Counted from the first letter of the stretch, positions 47,167 through 58,161 are shown. The stretch is 64,000 nucleotides of DNA from Polyangiaceae bacterium LLY-WYZ-15_(1-7) (GCA_031800675.1 DAPKRU010000056.1:70626-134625); one strand, 5' to 3'. Notes: generated by a model not told the origin, from the letters alone. Numbers and translations are program-made.

Positions 47167-49416
47167 TCACCCCATACGGCCCGCCCGCGCCACCGTCAGC
47201 GCCGTCATGTGCACCACCGTCGACACGCTCGCCCCCTGCTGGAGCACGTTCACCGGCCGCCGCATCCCCAGCACCAGCGGCCCGATCACCTCGCTCCCCA
47301 TCGCGCTGAGCAGCTTGTAGGCGATGTTGCCCGCCGAGAGGTTCGGGAAGATCAGCACGTTCGCCGCCCCCTCGAGCGACGCGAACGGGTACGGCCCCCG
47401 CGCCGACTCGAGCAGCGCCACGTCCGCCTGCATCTCCCCCTCCACCTGCAGGTCCGGCCGCAGCCGCTTCACCCGCGCGGTCGCCTCCGAGACCTTCCGC
47501 TGGTGCGGGTGCGGCGCGTCCCCGAAGTTCGAGAAGCTCAGCATCGCCAACCGCGGCTCGATCCCCAGCTCCCGCACGAGATCCGCCGTCAGCACCGCGA
47601 CCTCCGCCAGCGTCTCCGCGTCCGGGTCGATGTTCACGGTCGTGTCCGCGAAGAACTTCACGCCCTCCTTCGCGACGACCATGTAGCAGCCGCACGCGCG
47701 CCTCACGCCCTCGGCCACGCCGACGATCTGCAGCGCCGGCCGGATCGTGTCCGGGTACGGCGACGTCAGCCCGCTCACGAGCCCATCCACCTCGCCGCGC
47801 TGCACCATCATCATCCCGTACGCCGTCCGGCTCTTCTCGAGCGCCCGCCGCGCCCGCGCCCGCGTCATCCCCTTGCGCCGGCGCAGCGTCCACAGGGCCT
47901 CCGCGTACTCGTCCAGCGCCGGCAGCGCGCTCCGGTCCACGATCTCCACCCCCTCGAGATCCACCCCGAGCTCCTCGGCCCGCGCGCGCATCACCGCCGG
48001 CCGCCCGATCAACACCGGCCGCGCGATCCCCTCGCTCTCGACGATGTCCGCCGCCCGCAGGATCGTGTCCTCCTCCCCCTCCGGGAAGACCACCCGCCGC
48101 GGGTCCTTCCGCGCCATGCTCGTCACCTGCCACATGACCCGCCGCGTCGGATCGAGCTTCCGCTCGAGCTCGTGCCGGTAGGCCTGCACGTCGAGCTCCC
48201 GCTGCGCGAGCCCCGACGCGATCGCCGCCTCCGCCACCGCCGGCGCCACCCAGTGGAGCGAGCGCATGTCCATCGGCTTCGGGATCACGTAGTCCGGCCC
48301 GAACTTCATCGCCTCGCCGCCATAGGCCGCGAGCACGTCGTCCGAGACCCCCTCCCGCGCGAGCCGCGCCAGCGCGTCCGCCGCCGCCAGCTTCATGCGA
48401 TCGTCGATGCCCGTCGCGCCCACGTCGAGCGCCCCGCGGAAGATGTAGGGGAAGCCGAGGACGTTGTTCACCTGATTCGGGAAGTCGCTCCGCCCCGTCC
48501 CGACGATCGCGTCCGGCCGCGCCGCCCGCGCCTCCTCGTAGCCGATCTCCGGATCCGGGTTCGCCAGCGCGAAGACGATCGGCCGCTCGGCCATCGTCTT
48601 CAGCATCTCCCCGGAGACGATGCCCCCCGCCGAGAGGCCGATCATCACGTCCGCCCCCTCGAGCGCCTCGGCGAGCGTCGAGCGCGGGTCGTCCGCCGGC
48701 CGCGCGAAGGCCCGGCGCGTCTCGTCGAGCCCCTCCCGGTCCACCTTCACCACGCCGTCCACGTCGACCAGGGTCACGTGCGCGGGCTTCACGCCGAGCT
48801 TCGTCCACAGGCGCATGCAGCCCATGGCCGCCGCCCCGGCGCCGATGCAGGTCACCTTCAGATCCTCGAAGCGCTTGCCCTGCAGCTCGCAGGCGTTCGT
48901 GAGCGCCGCCGCGCTGATGATCGCCGTGCCGTGCTGGTCGTCGTGGAAGACCGGGATGTGCAGCCGCGAGCGGAGCTGCTCCTCGATGTAGAAGCACTCG
49001 GGCGCCTTGATGTCCTCGAGGTTGATGCCCCCGAAGGTCGGCTCGAGCGCCGCCACGACGTCGATGAAGCGCTCCGGATCCTTCGCGTCCACCTCGATGT
49101 CGAAGACGTCGATGTCCGCGTACTTCTTGAAGAGGACCGCCTTGCCCTCCATCACCGGCTTCGCCGCGAGCGGCCCGATGTCGCCGAGGCCGAGCACGGC
49201 CGTGCCGTTGGTGATGACGGCGACGAGGTTGCGGCGGGCGGTCAGCGTGTCGACCTCGGCCGGGTCGGCGTGGATGGCGCGGCAGGGCTCGGCGACCCCG
49301 GGCGAGTAGGCCAGGCTGAGCTCGCGCTGGCTGCTCACGGGCTTGGTCGGGACCACCTCGATCTTCCCGGGCCGACCGGCGCGGTGGTAGGCGAGCGCGT
49401 CCTCTTTGCGGGTCAT
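47167..49416 (-). CDS. maeB: NADP-dependent malic enzyme (malic enzyme + PTA-like domain)
   Basis: 749 aa. [36 protein letters not shown]-terminal phosphate acetyltransferase-like domain. Confidence 0.92.
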   Translation of the reverse strand: MTRKEDALAYHRAGRPGKIEVVPTKPVSSQRELSLAYSPGVAEPCRAIHADPAEVDTLTARRNLVAVITNGTAVLGLGDIGPLAAKPVMEGKAVLFKKYADIDVFDIEVDAKDPERFIDVVAALEPTFGGINLEDIKAPECFYIEEQLRSRLHIPVFHDDQHGTAIISAAALTNACELQGKRFEDLKVTCIGAGAAAMGCMRLWTKLGVKPAHVTLVDVDGVVKVDREGLDETRRAFARPADDPRSTLAEALEGADVMIGLSAGGIVSGEMLKTMAERPIVFALANPDPEIGYEEARAARPDAIVGTGRSDFPNQVNNVLGFPYIFRGALDVGATGIDDRMKLAAADALARLAREGVSDDVLAAYGGEAMKFGPDYVIPKPMDMRSLHWVAPAVAEAAIASGLAQRELDVQAYRHELERKLDPTRRVMWQVTSMARKDPRRVVFPEGEEDTILRAADIVESEGIARPVLIGRPAVMRARAEELGVDLEGVEIVDRSALPALDEYAEALWTLRRRKGMTRARARRALEKSRTAYGMMMVQRGEVDGLVSGLTSPYPDTIRPALQIVGVAEGVRRACGCYMVVAKEGVKFFADTTVNIDPDAETLAEVAVLTADLVRELGIEPRLAMLSFSNFGDAPHPHQRKVSEATARVKRLRPDLQVEGEMQADVALLESARGPYPFASLEGAANVLIFPNLSAGNIAYKLLSAMGSEVIGPLVLGMRRPVNVLQQGASVSTVVHMTALTVARAGRMG

Positions 49417-49660
49417 GGGCGGACACTAAACCAGAGCGCCCGCCTCCGGTGGCCTTCCCCACGACGATCGCCCTTTGGCCCGCGCGCACCTCGGGCTCCG
49501 ACCGGGTCGACCGGCTGGACAGCCCCCCGCCCTTCCCCTAGCTTCGACGGGGCGAGGAGCGCTGCGGGGCGCCCGCGGTCGAGCGCTCGGTCGAGCGCCG
49601 CCAACCCCCGCTCCCCGAGGTGATGAGGACCGGAGACCGACCAGCGCAGAGGGTGCGGAC

Positions 49661-50467
49661 GTGAAGGTCGATCTCCGCAAGAGCCTCTTCATCCTGCCGA
49701 ACCTCTTCACGCTCTCGAGCGTGCTGTGCGGCTTCTACGCGATCCTCACCAGCACCCACCCGGAGGCGGGGAGCGACGACTTCTACCGCGCGTCGCTGCT
49801 GATCATCTTCGCGATGTTCTTCGACACGATCGACGGGCGCGTCGCGCGGCTGACCAAGACGCAGAGCGCCATCGGCGTGCAGCTCGACTCCCTCGCCGAC
49901 GTCCTCTCCTTCGGCGCCGCCCCGGCCGTGCTCGTCTACCGCTGGGCCCTCGAAGAGTACGGCACCGTCGGCGTGCTCGTCTGCTTCGCCTACATCGCCT
50001 GCGGCACCATCCGCCTCGCCCGCTTCAACGTCCTCACCATGGGGGAGGCGGGCGCCCCGAAGAAGCCCGGCAAGTACATCATGGGCCTGCCCATCCCCGC
50101 GGCGGCCGGCATCCTCATCTCGCTCGTCGTCGCCAACACGGCGGCCCGCGAGACCGCCGCCCGGGACGTCCTCGGCTCCCCCTCGATCGTCCTCGCGGTC
50201 GTGCTCGCGCTGGCCTTCTTCATGGTCAGCACGATCAAGTTCCGCTCCTTCAAGGACATCAAGCTCTCGGCGCGGACGGCGATCTTCGTGGTCTTCGCCA
50301 TCGGCTCGACGATCTTCGTCGCCTGGCGCTTCCACGTCTCCTTCGCCCTCGTCTGGCTCCTCGCCAGCTACATCGTCATCGGCCTCGCCGAGTCGCTCCT
50401 CAGCCTCGCCGGCCGAGCCCGGCGCCGGGGCGAGCACGACGACGAAGAGGCCGAAGAGCCGAGCTGA
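49661..50467 (+). CDS. pssA: CDP-diacylglycerol--serine O-phosphatidyltransferase
   Basis: GTG at 49661 inside track ORF 49475..50467. CDP-alcohol phosphatidyltransferase motif DTIDGRVARLTKTQSAIGVQLDSLAD. Confidence 0.85.
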   Translation: MKVDLRKSLFILPNLFTLSSVLCGFYAILTSTHPEAGSDDFYRASLLIIFAMFFDTIDGRVARLTKTQSAIGVQLDSLADVLSFGAAPAVLVYRWALEEYGTVGVLVCFAYIACGTIRLARFNVLTMGEAGAPKKPGKYIMGLPIPAAAGILISLVVANTAARETAARDVLGSPSIVLAVVLALAFFMVSTIKFRSFKDIKLSARTAIFVVFAIGSTIFVAWRFHVSFALVWLLASYIVIGLAESLLSLAGRARRRGEHDDEEAEEPS

Positions 50468-50488
50468 GCGGGCGGGGCGGCGCGCGCC

Positions 50489-51016
50489 CTACTCCATCAC
50501 GTCGCGCGCGCCGAGCGTGTAGGGGACCTCGAAGCTCTCGCTCTGGCAGGTGCCGCCGACGCAGGTGCCGCTCGAGCAGTCGGCCGGCGCGCGCGTCCGG
50601 AAGAGGAGCGTCACGTCCTGGCTCGACGGGATCTCCGGGCCGATGAAGGGGTTGTCGATCGTCTTCTCGACCAGCCCGTCGCCGGCCATCGCGTCGCCGC
50701 CCTCCCCGTCGTCGCGGAGCGTGACGAGGTCGAAGATGCGCGGCGTCTCGCCCCCGGTGCGTAGCTGGATGGCGACCTCGTGGTTCCGCTCGAGGCGCGG
50801 GCAGCGGTCGAAGGCGACGCGCACGTCGAGGGTCTCGAGCGGATCGCCGACGGTCACGCCGCCCGGCTCCACGCTCGCCGCCGTGATCACGGCGTACTCG
50901 TAGGGCAAGCAGTTCGGCACGGTGCCGCCGCCGCAGCTCTTCTCGAGGAGGGTCTCGTCGCCGCAGCCGGCGAGCAGCCCGAGCGCGAGGATCGACAGGG
51001 AGATCGGGAGCTTCAT
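50489..51016 (-). CDS. lipoprotein, function unknown
   Basis: MKLPISLSILALGLLAGC lipobox. Its ATG overlaps the stop of the GT39 gene (ATGA 51013-51016). Confidence 0.65.
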   Translation of the reverse strand: MKLPISLSILALGLLAGCGDETLLEKSCGGGTVPNCLPYEYAVITAASVEPGGVTVGDPLETLDVRVAFDRCPRLERNHEVAIQLRTGGETPRIFDLVTLRDDGEGGDAMAGDGLVEKTIDNPFIGPEIPSSQDVTLLFRTRAPADCSSGTCVGGTCQSESFEVPYTLGARDVME

Positions 51017-52722
51017 CGGGCGCGTCCTCGGCGGCGGGGGTTCTCGTAGACGGTGATGATCGGCACGCCGTCGTAGGTGAGCACGTGCGCGGGCTCCGTC
51101 GAGCCGAAGGCCACCCAGGCCTGGTGGTCGACCTCCGCGAAGTGCAGCTCGTGGTGCACCATCACGTAGTCGGCGCGCGCCATGCTCGGCGCCCAGCGGA
51201 TGTTCCGCGGCAGCCGCCCGTCCCGGTGCAGCATGGCCCAGGCCCCGGGCGTCGTGTCGCAGAGCCAGACCGTGCCCCCGTCCGGGAGCTCCTCCTCGAA
51301 GAAGTCCACGAGGCTGCCGGTCGTGAAGCCCCAGAACTGCCGGTTCATGCCGAGGTCCGCCGCGCCGGGCGCGCCGCCGGCGAGGACCGTGTAGTGCGAG
51401 AGGCCGAAGGGGTGGCTGTGGTGGGTCTCGAGGGCGAGGGGCGCGATCAGCACGCCGGCGACCACCAGCCGCGCGAGGTGCCGGGCCGCCGGGAGCCGCT
51501 TGCCGAGGCCGTGGCGGAAGAGGTGCGCGACCCGCCAGAAGCCGAGCCCCGCGTAGAGGCAGAGGAAGGGGTAGGCGGGGAACCAGTGCTTGGTCGCCCC
51601 GAAGATCGGCGTCGAGGGGAGCGCGATCATCACCATGGGCGCGAGCATGGCGCCGACCAGGAGCACGTCCGTATGGGCCGCGTCCGCCTTCGCCTCGCCC
51701 TTCGGCCAGACGCGGCGCGCGAGGGGCGCCGGCAAGAGCGCCCGGAGCCGCTGGCCGAGCCCGAGCGCGGCGAGCACGAGCGTCGTCAGCGGCACCGTGA
51801 AGAGGGTCAGCACGAAGGGGTAGGCCACCGGGAAGGGGGGCTCGAAGTACGTCGTGCCGAAGTAGGCGATGTTGTAGTACTCGTGGCTCAGGTGGAAGCG
51901 CGCGTACCACCCGAAGCGCTCGAGGGTGGTCGAGAGGTCCCAGAGCCAGGGCCAGGTCGCGATGAAGATCGGCGGCCCGAGGATCGTCAGCGAGATCATC
52001 CACCAGGGGCGGGTGGAGAGCCGCGAGGGCACGTGCTCGCCGCGCTTGCGCATGCCGCGCACGCCGAGGCTCATCCACGCGAAGTGGATCAGGAAGATCC
52101 CCGGGAGCACCCAGCTGTTGTGCTTCGTCGCGAGCCCGAGCCCCCACGCGAGGCCGACGCCGATCACCCACCAGCGGCTCGTGAGCGCGCGCCAGTAGGC
52201 GTACACGCAGAAGGTGATCGCGAGCACGATCGGGATGTCGAAGCAGTCGAGGTGCGCGTGGTAGAAGGGCCGCGGCATCAGCGCGTAGGCCACGGCCGCG
52301 AAGGCGCCCGCCTGCCGCCCGAAGACGCGCGCCCCGAAGATGTAGAGCAGCCAGAGGAGCAGCCCGGCGCTCAGCATGCCCGGGAAGCGGAAGGCCGCGG
52401 CGTCGCTCGGGAAGAGGCCGTCGCCGCCGTCCTCCTTCGCGTGCTCGTGGAGCCGCCAGGAGATCGCGAAGAGCCCCTTCACCAGGCCCGGGTGCTCGTG
52501 GTTGTAGTCCCAGGCCTCGTCGATGGCCTCCTTGCGCATCGCCGCCGGGCGGTCCTCGAGGAAGAGCTCCATCCAGCGGCCGTAGTCCTGCGCCGCCGCC
52601 ACGTAGAAGCTCTCGTCGCGGGACATGGCGAGGTCCGCCGAGCCCGCGAGGAGCAGCGCGACGTAGGCCGTGGCGAGGGCCGCGCCGAGCAGGTGGTCGA
52701 GCAGGCCGATGCGCGGCTTCAC
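51013..52722 (-). CDS. GT39/GT-C family glycosyltransferase (PMT/ArnT-like)
   Basis: GTG at 52722 overlaps the upstream stop (GTGA). Polytopic membrane protein with a first-loop DE motif (SRDESFYV), KHNSW, and a large C-terminal soluble part. Confidence 0.75.
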   Translation of the reverse strand: MKPRIGLLDHLLGAALATAYVALLLAGSADLAMSRDESFYVAAAQDYGRWMELFLEDRPAAMRKEAIDEAWDYNHEHPGLVKGLFAISWRLHEHAKEDGGDGLFPSDAAAFRFPGMLSAGLLLWLLYIFGARVFGRQAGAFAAVAYALMPRPFYHAHLDCFDIPIVLAITFCVYAYWRALTSRWWVIGVGLAWGLGLATKHNSWVLPGIFLIHFAWMSLGVRGMRKRGEHVPSRLSTRPWWMISLTILGPPIFIATWPWLWDLSTTLERFGWYARFHLSHEYYNIAYFGTTYFEPPFPVAYPFVLTLFTVPLTTLVLAALGLGQRLRALLPAPLARRVWPKGEAKADAAHTDVLLVGAMLAPMVMIALPSTPIFGATKHWFPAYPFLCLYAGLGFWRVAHLFRHGLGKRLPAARHLARLVVAGVLIAPLALETHHSHPFGLSHYTVLAGGAPGAADLGMNRQFWGFTTGSLVDFFEEELPDGGTVWLCDTTPGAWAMLHRDGRLPRNIRWAPSMARADYVMVHHELHFAEVDHQAWVAFGSTEPAHVLTYDGVPIITVYENPRRRGRAR

Positions 52723-53864
52723 GGGCGCGCCTCCAGGGCCTCGGTGATCGACGGCGGCCGGGCCGCGGAGAAGTCCGGCCCGTCCTCGACCTCTCGCCGC
52801 GGGCCGCGGGTGGTGGCGGCCCAGCAGAGCGTGCGGAGGTGCGGATCGTCCGCGCGCACCTCGACGCTCACGTCGCCGGTCGACGCGCCCGTGCCGAGCG
52901 GATCGGTCTCGGCCTCGAGGCGCTTCCAGCCGTCCCCGTCGCGGTGGACGAGGCGCCCGACCTCGCGATCGTCGATCAGGACGCGGGCCTCGACGGGCCC
53001 GTGATCCATCGAGCGCTCGTGGACGTAGTAGAGGCCCGCGTAGAAGACGAGGCGCTCGCCGAGGGGCACGTCCTCGAAGGTCGTGCGGACGACGTCCCCG
53101 GCGGCCGGGTGCTGCCAGACGCAGTGGCGCGGCTGCTGGTCGAGGTCCTCGACGACGGTCTCGCCGACGAAGAGCCAGGGCTGGGGCCCGCAATGCCAGC
53201 GCTCGGCCGGCCAGAGCGGGCCGCGCCCGAGGCCGCCCCCGTCGGCGCCGCGCGCCTGCCAGCGGCAGCTCCGCTCGCCGATCTTCACGCTCGCCTGCCG
53301 CAGGTGCGACACGAAGTCGTAGCGCACGGGGCTCGGCCCGAGGTCCCAGCGGCGGACGGTGAGCGCCCCATGGGTCTCGAGCAGGGCCGGCTCCTGCTCA
53401 CGCAGCGCGCGCGCCCAGGGGCTCGCCTGCCCGCCCACGGAGATCTCCCAGACGCGCTCGAAGGGGGCGAGATCGCTCCGCCCGGCGTGCGCCAGCGGGA
53501 GCCTTTGCCCGAGGTGGAGCCGGAGCAGCGGGTCGGCCCAGGCGGGCCCCACGACCACCGTGTCGCCCTCCTCCCAGGCCCCGTCGACGAACGCCGCCGC
53601 GGCCTCCCAGTCGCCCTCCGGCGGGACCCGCGCCCGGATGACCGCATGCCCGACGAGCTCGTAGAGCACGACCAGGGCCATCAGCCACCAGGGCCACTGC
53701 TTCCAGGACAGCCGGAGCGCCTTGGCGTCGCGTGGCGCGTGGTCCTGCGGAACGCCGGCGTGGGGCTCCACGGCCTCGTCGCTCATGGAGCCGGAGGTCA
53801 GGTCCGCGAGCCCGGGCGCGGAGCTGCGCTCGCGCTCCGCGCCGCTCTCGTCGGGCGAGGCCAA
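52719..53864 (-). CDS. hypothetical single-pass membrane protein
   Basis: 381 aa with TM segment WPWWLMALVVLYELVGHAVI. First gene of a three-gene overlapping set. Confidence 0.55.
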   Translation of the reverse strand: MASPDESGAERERSSAPGLADLTSGSMSDEAVEPHAGVPQDHAPRDAKALRLSWKQWPWWLMALVVLYELVGHAVIRARVPPEGDWEAAAAFVDGAWEEGDTVVVGPAWADPLLRLHLGQRLPLAHAGRSDLAPFERVWEISVGGQASPWARALREQEPALLETHGALTVRRWDLGPSPVRYDFVSHLRQASVKIGERSCRWQARGADGGGLGRGPLWPAERWHCGPQPWLFVGETVVEDLDQQPRHCVWQHPAAGDVVRTTFEDVPLGERLVFYAGLYYVHERSMDHGPVEARVLIDDREVGRLVHRDGDGWKRLEAETDPLGTGASTGDVSVEVRADDPHLRTLCWAATTRGPRREVEDGPDFSAARPPSITEALEARP

Positions 53865-53978
53865 AGCCCCCGGATGGTAGGCAACGGGCCGCCCCGCGCA
53901 AGGGAGCGGCCCGGCCTCGAGGCAGCGTCGGCGCGAGCGTCTGCACGAGCGCCCGGCGGGCGCGCTCGTGCCCCGCCA

Positions 53979-56948
53979 TCACTCCATCGGGATGCAGGTC
54001 CAGTCGAGGTTGGTCTCGGTGAGGACCGGGGCCTCGGTGCGGTCGACGCTGCCGGAGAGGATCGCCGTCATCTGCAGGTAGGGCAGGTTCGAAGGCAGGC
54101 CCGCCGCGCGCAGCCGGTCGTCGAGGTTCACGGGCGGCGACATGACCTCCGTCGGCACGACGAAGCGCATGGGCGTCGCCGCCGCGAGGCCGGCCTCCGT
54201 GGCCGCCGTGCGGAACTCGAAGGCGATCGTCGTGGAGCTCGGCGTGGACGCCGTCCAGGTGAAGTCACCCCAGCTCGGACGGGTCGGCGGGATCTCGCAG
54301 GTCGAGGTCGCGTCGTAGACCCGCCAGTAGGAGCCGGTGACCGGCGGGCAGGGGAACGAGCCCGTCACGGTCGCGTCCGGATCGGTCTGCAGCTCGAGGC
54401 AGGCCGCGCCGAGGAGCTCGATGGTGTCGTCGTCGACCCGGCGCCAGCCGTCGGGATCCTCGCAGGCCAGCTCACGGCCGCTGAGCCGCACCTCGCCGAA
54501 GCAGGCCACGTCCTCGTCGATCACGCCGTCCGTGTCCATCTCGCAGGAGATCTCGCCGCGGATGATCGCGGCGAGCGCCGTCTCGAGGCCCGAGGCGTCC
54601 GTGGCGACCCAGTAGGGCGCGCCCGCGGGCACGCCGACGCCCGCGTTGGCGACGTCCTGGAGGTGGCTCTCGGCGACGCCGGTGCCCACGCTGATGACGA
54701 AGGTCCGGATGCCCGCCGCGAAGCCGCGCTGCACCTGGGCCACGACCGCGTCCCGCGGCCGGCGCGCGCAGCCGTTCGGCTCGCCGTCGGTCGCCAGGAT
54801 GACGATGGGCGGCCCGTCCGCCGGCGGCGAGGCGATGATCTGGTCGTAGATCTCCTCGAGGGCCTCCGCCGTCGGCGTGCCGCCGCCCGGTCCCTGGGAG
54901 CGGTAGAAGGTGTTGATGGGCGGGAAGTTGTTCAGGATCATCGAGTCCACGCCGCGGACGGCCGACCCGCTGCACCGCCGCGAGTCGGAGAAGTGGCTCG
55001 ACGTGTAGGTCTGGAGCCCGAAGCGGACCTGCTCCTCGAACTCGCCGATGATGCCGCGGTCCGTGCCCGTGCCCGAGCCGCCGACGAGGGCGTTCCGGAC
55101 GGCGAGCCATCGGTTGGTCGCGCCCGGGAAGCTCCAGCCCATGGAGCCGGACTCGTCGACCAGGAACATCACGTTCGGGATGATGCGCGAGGCGCCGATC
55201 TCGACCGTCGCGCAGGCCGGGACGGCCGGCGGGATGACGATGCGGACGGGCTTCTCGTAGGCGACCGTCGAGTCGTTGTAGAGGACGCGGATCCAGAACT
55301 CGTAGACCTGGGCCACGGAGGTCCCCTCGACCACGTCGTTCCGGAAGCTGACCTCGAAGTTGGTGTCCGTGCCGGGGAGGCAGCCGAGGAAGCGCGCGCC
55401 GCTGAAGCTGTTGCAGCTCCCGCGCGGGCCGACCGAGCGGGCGACGATGGACTCGACGAAGTCGCACTCGTCGAAGCCGGGCGTCGCCGGGTTGTCGAAG
55501 CACTCCGCGGAGACGTCGACGCGCGAGTAGTCGGCGAGCTCCCGGACGGCATTGACGACCGTGCTGTCGAGGCCCGAGCCGTTCGAGGGGATGCTGAAGA
55601 TGAAGGGGGCGCCGGCGGCGTTCACCGAGTTGGTCGCGAAGGACAGGCCCTGGAGGTCCTGCATCACGTAGGGGTGGCGGCCGCTCGACTCGATCGAGAT
55701 GACCTTCACGCCCCGGTCGACCAGCGACGTCACGGCCTGCGAGGCCGACGCCGCGATGGTGCCGATGCCGCCCGTGTAGTTGTAGGCGCCGATGGTGCCG
55801 TTGTGGAACGGCGCGTCCGTGAAGAGGATGACCACCGGGATCGCGTCCGGCCGGAAGCAGGGGTAGCCCCATCGCCCGGCGGGGCAGCCGCCGCGCGCGC
55901 CGAGATAACCGCCGAGGCCATTGCCCGTCGCGACGGCGTAGAGGGCCTGCGACTGGGACTCGGGCCAGTCGTAGCCGTAATGCGTCGTCAGCGAGTTCAC
56001 CGACGTCTGCGCGAGCGCCGGGTTGTCCGCCATGTCCATCAGGTGGCGGTAGACGTCGTCGATGCCGGCCCAACCCCAGGGGCTGACCGGGTAGTCGTCG
56101 TGATAGCCGACGCCGAACCAGGCGTCCGGGATCTCGCAGCGGATCGCGCCGATCACGCCGCCGCCGCAGCCGGCGATCAGCGTCCCCGAGGTGAGCCGGT
56201 TGCGGAGGTTGGCGATCTCGCCGCCCATGGACCCGGTCGTGTCCATGAGGAAGTAGACGTCGACCGTGCGCACCTGGACGTTGATCTCACAAGGGTCGAT
56301 CTCGACCGGACCGCCGAAGGGGAGCTCGTGGTAGATGCCGGGCGGCGTCCCATCGGGCGGGCAGCCGAAGTACTCCTCCACGCCGGGCGTGCGCGGGCAG
56401 TCGTCGGCGAGGTCCGGGATGCCGTCCCGGTCCGTGTCCGTGCTCGTCGGCGTGCCGAGAGTGCTCGGCGGGATGGTGATGCCGGGCCCGGAAGGGTCGT
56501 ACTCGACGTTGTCCGAGTTGTCCTCGGTGAGGTCGTCGTCGTCGGGCCGGTCGGTGGCGGTCGTGCAGTCCGGGTTGCAGGGGTTGCAGGTGCCGGCGGA
56601 GAAGGTGCCGAAGCCCTCGAAGGTGTACTCCTCGACGTGCTCGCAGGCGCCCCAGACGCCGTCCTGGCAGTAGCGCGTGCCGGCCCCGCAGAGCAGGTCA
56701 CCGCCATCGAGGACCGGGTCCGTGTAGCAGGAGACGGGCTCGGTGCCGGGGTCGCAGGCGCAGCCCTCGGCGGGCTCGTCCGCGAAGCAGCCCGTCGGCG
56801 AGCCGAGGCCTCCGTCGCTGGCGATCGGCGCCGGGTCGATGCCGTCGAGCCCGTCGCCCCCGCCGAGGGGGGCCGGGTCGCCGTCGGCGCAGCCCGCCGC
56901 GAGGGCGACGACCACGATCCCGAGCTTGATACCGATCAACCTGTGCAT
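53979..56948 (-). CDS. large lipoprotein with two von Willebrand factor A domains
   Basis: ATG at 56948 with GGAGG 6 nt upstream. LGIVVVALAAGC lipobox. MIDAS-type motifs VYFLMDTTGSMGGE and VMFLVDESGSMG. Confidence 0.8.
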   Translation of the reverse strand: MHRLIGIKLGIVVVALAAGCADGDPAPLGGGDGLDGIDPAPIASDGGLGSPTGCFADEPAEGCACDPGTEPVSCYTDPVLDGGDLLCGAGTRYCQDGVWGACEHVEEYTFEGFGTFSAGTCNPCNPDCTTATDRPDDDDLTEDNSDNVEYDPSGPGITIPPSTLGTPTSTDTDRDGIPDLADDCPRTPGVEEYFGCPPDGTPPGIYHELPFGGPVEIDPCEINVQVRTVDVYFLMDTTGSMGGEIANLRNRLTSGTLIAGCGGGVIGAIRCEIPDAWFGVGYHDDYPVSPWGWAGIDDVYRHLMDMADNPALAQTSVNSLTTHYGYDWPESQSQALYAVATGNGLGGYLGARGGCPAGRWGYPCFRPDAIPVVILFTDAPFHNGTIGAYNYTGGIGTIAASASQAVTSLVDRGVKVISIESSGRHPYVMQDLQGLSFATNSVNAAGAPFIFSIPSNGSGLDSTVVNAVRELADYSRVDVSAECFDNPATPGFDECDFVESIVARSVGPRGSCNSFSGARFLGCLPGTDTNFEVSFRNDVVEGTSVAQVYEFWIRVLYNDSTVAYEKPVRIVIPPAVPACATVEIGASRIIPNVMFLVDESGSMGWSFPGATNRWLAVRNALVGGSGTGTDRGIIGEFEEQVRFGLQTYTSSHFSDSRRCSGSAVRGVDSMILNNFPPINTFYRSQGPGGGTPTAEALEEIYDQIIASPPADGPPIVILATDGEPNGCARRPRDAVVAQVQRGFAAGIRTFVISVGTGVAESHLQDVANAGVGVPAGAPYWVATDASGLETALAAIIRGEISCEMDTDGVIDEDVACFGEVRLSGRELACEDPDGWRRVDDDTIELLGAACLELQTDPDATVTGSFPCPPVTGSYWRVYDATSTCEIPPTRPSWGDFTWTASTPSSTTIAFEFRTAATEAGLAAATPMRFVVPTEVMSPPVNLDDRLRAAGLPSNLPYLQMTAILSGSVDRTEAPVLTETNLDWTCIPME

Positions 56949-57017
56949 TGCGCCTCCGAGTGGGGAGCGTCGCGACCCCCGTCCAATCGCGTCCTGCTCC
57001 TCGGGCGAGAGGAAGAT

Positions 57018-57033
57018 TGCAACTTTCATTCCC
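57018..57033 (-). promoter_or_regulatory. weak sigma-54-like -24/-12 element upstream of the VWA gene
   Basis: The minus strand reads gGGaat-N5-TTGCa with correct GG-N10-GC spacing, about 70 nt upstream of ATG 56948 in an AT-richer patch. Confidence 0.25.
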
Positions 57034-57132
57034 TGGCGCACAGATCGGAAACCATTGATGTTTTGTCGGGTCAGGCCCCTGACGAATTGCGAGGCTACGA
57101 AAAAAGTGCGGACCGTTCGCCAGGCGATCGGC

Positions 57133-58161
57133 TCAGGTCGCGTCGCTGACGCAGGTCATGGCCCCGTCTTCCGTGAGCGAGCCGCAGATGCCGGGCGGGG
57201 TGCAGTCCTGGACGACGTCGCAGTCGCCCGCCGTCGGCACGCATTCGACGAGCCCATCGCCGTACACGTCGGCGCACTCGAATCCGCTCGGGCAGCTGAT
57301 CATCTCGCCGGCGCACGGGCCCTGCGCCTGGCAGGCGCCCGCGGACTCCGGCGTCGTGCCACAGACCTCGCCCGGGCAGTCCATGAAGGTGTCGCAGTCG
57401 CCGCCGTTGGCGCGGCACTCGCTCTCGCCATCACCGTCGACGTCCACGCAGCTGAAGAAGGGCGGGCAGGCGTCGAAGGTCTCGCAGGCCCGGTAGACAC
57501 GCTGGCAGTAAGGCTGCGCGACCTGCTGGTCGAGCTCGTTGCAGAAGTAGCCGAAGGGGCAGGCCGGGCTCTCGGGATCGCAGGGCACGCGGCGGTTCAC
57601 GCAGCTGCCCTCGTCGCAAGAGTGGCCGGCCGGGCAGTCGCGGCTGTCGTTGCAGCCTCCGTCCGCCTTGCGACATACCGGCGGGATCGTCCCCGTGAAG
57701 CACTCGCTGCCCTCGGCGCAGTCGCCGGGGGCGCCGCAAGGGAGCCCGCCGAGCTGGCAAGTGTTGCGGCCGCATCCGTCGGGCAGGCACGCGGTCCCGT
57801 CCCCGCACTCGCTCGAGTCCTCGCACTCGAAGACGTCGCAGAGGCAGAGGTCGTAGACGCCCGCGTCGTCGAAGCAGGACTCGATGCTTCCTGCATCGAG
57901 GGGTCCGACGTCGGGGATCGAGAAGCCCGAGTCGGTGCCCGCGTCGACCTCGCCGCCGCCGTCCATCTCTTCCCCGCCGCCATCCAGCCCGCCGCCGGCG
58001 TCCATGCCGTCCCCGGCGTCCATCTCGTCGCCACCCGCGTCCCGGCCACCCGCGTCCCGTCCCGGAGGCGGAGTGGAGTCGTCGCCGCAGGCCGCGGCGG
58101 TCAGGACGAGGGAGAGGGAGAGCAGCGCATGGCTCGGCAGCGCGTGGTTCAGCCGTCGCAA
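57133..58161 (-). CDS. Cys-rich lipoprotein
   Basis: LVLTAAAC lipobox and an acidic DAGG linker. Five to six repeats of the type C-x2-(D/S)-x-(D/E)-C-x2-G-x2-C, e.g. CNDSRDCPAGHSCDEGSC and CEDSSECGDGTAC. Confidence 0.65.
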   Translation of the reverse strand: MRRLNHALPSHALLSLSLVLTAAACGDDSTPPPGRDAGGRDAGGDEMDAGDGMDAGGGLDGGGEEMDGGGEVDAGTDSGFSIPDVGPLDAGSIESCFDDAGVYDLCLCDVFECEDSSECGDGTACLPDGCGRNTCQLGGLPCGAPGDCAEGSECFTGTIPPVCRKADGGCNDSRDCPAGHSCDEGSCVNRRVPCDPESPACPFGYFCNELDQQVAQPYCQRVYRACETFDACPPFFSCVDVDGDGESECRANGGDCDTFMDCPGEVCGTTPESAGACQAQGPCAGEMISCPSGFECADVYGDGLVECVPTAGDCDVVQDCTPPGICGSLTEDGAMTCVSDAT

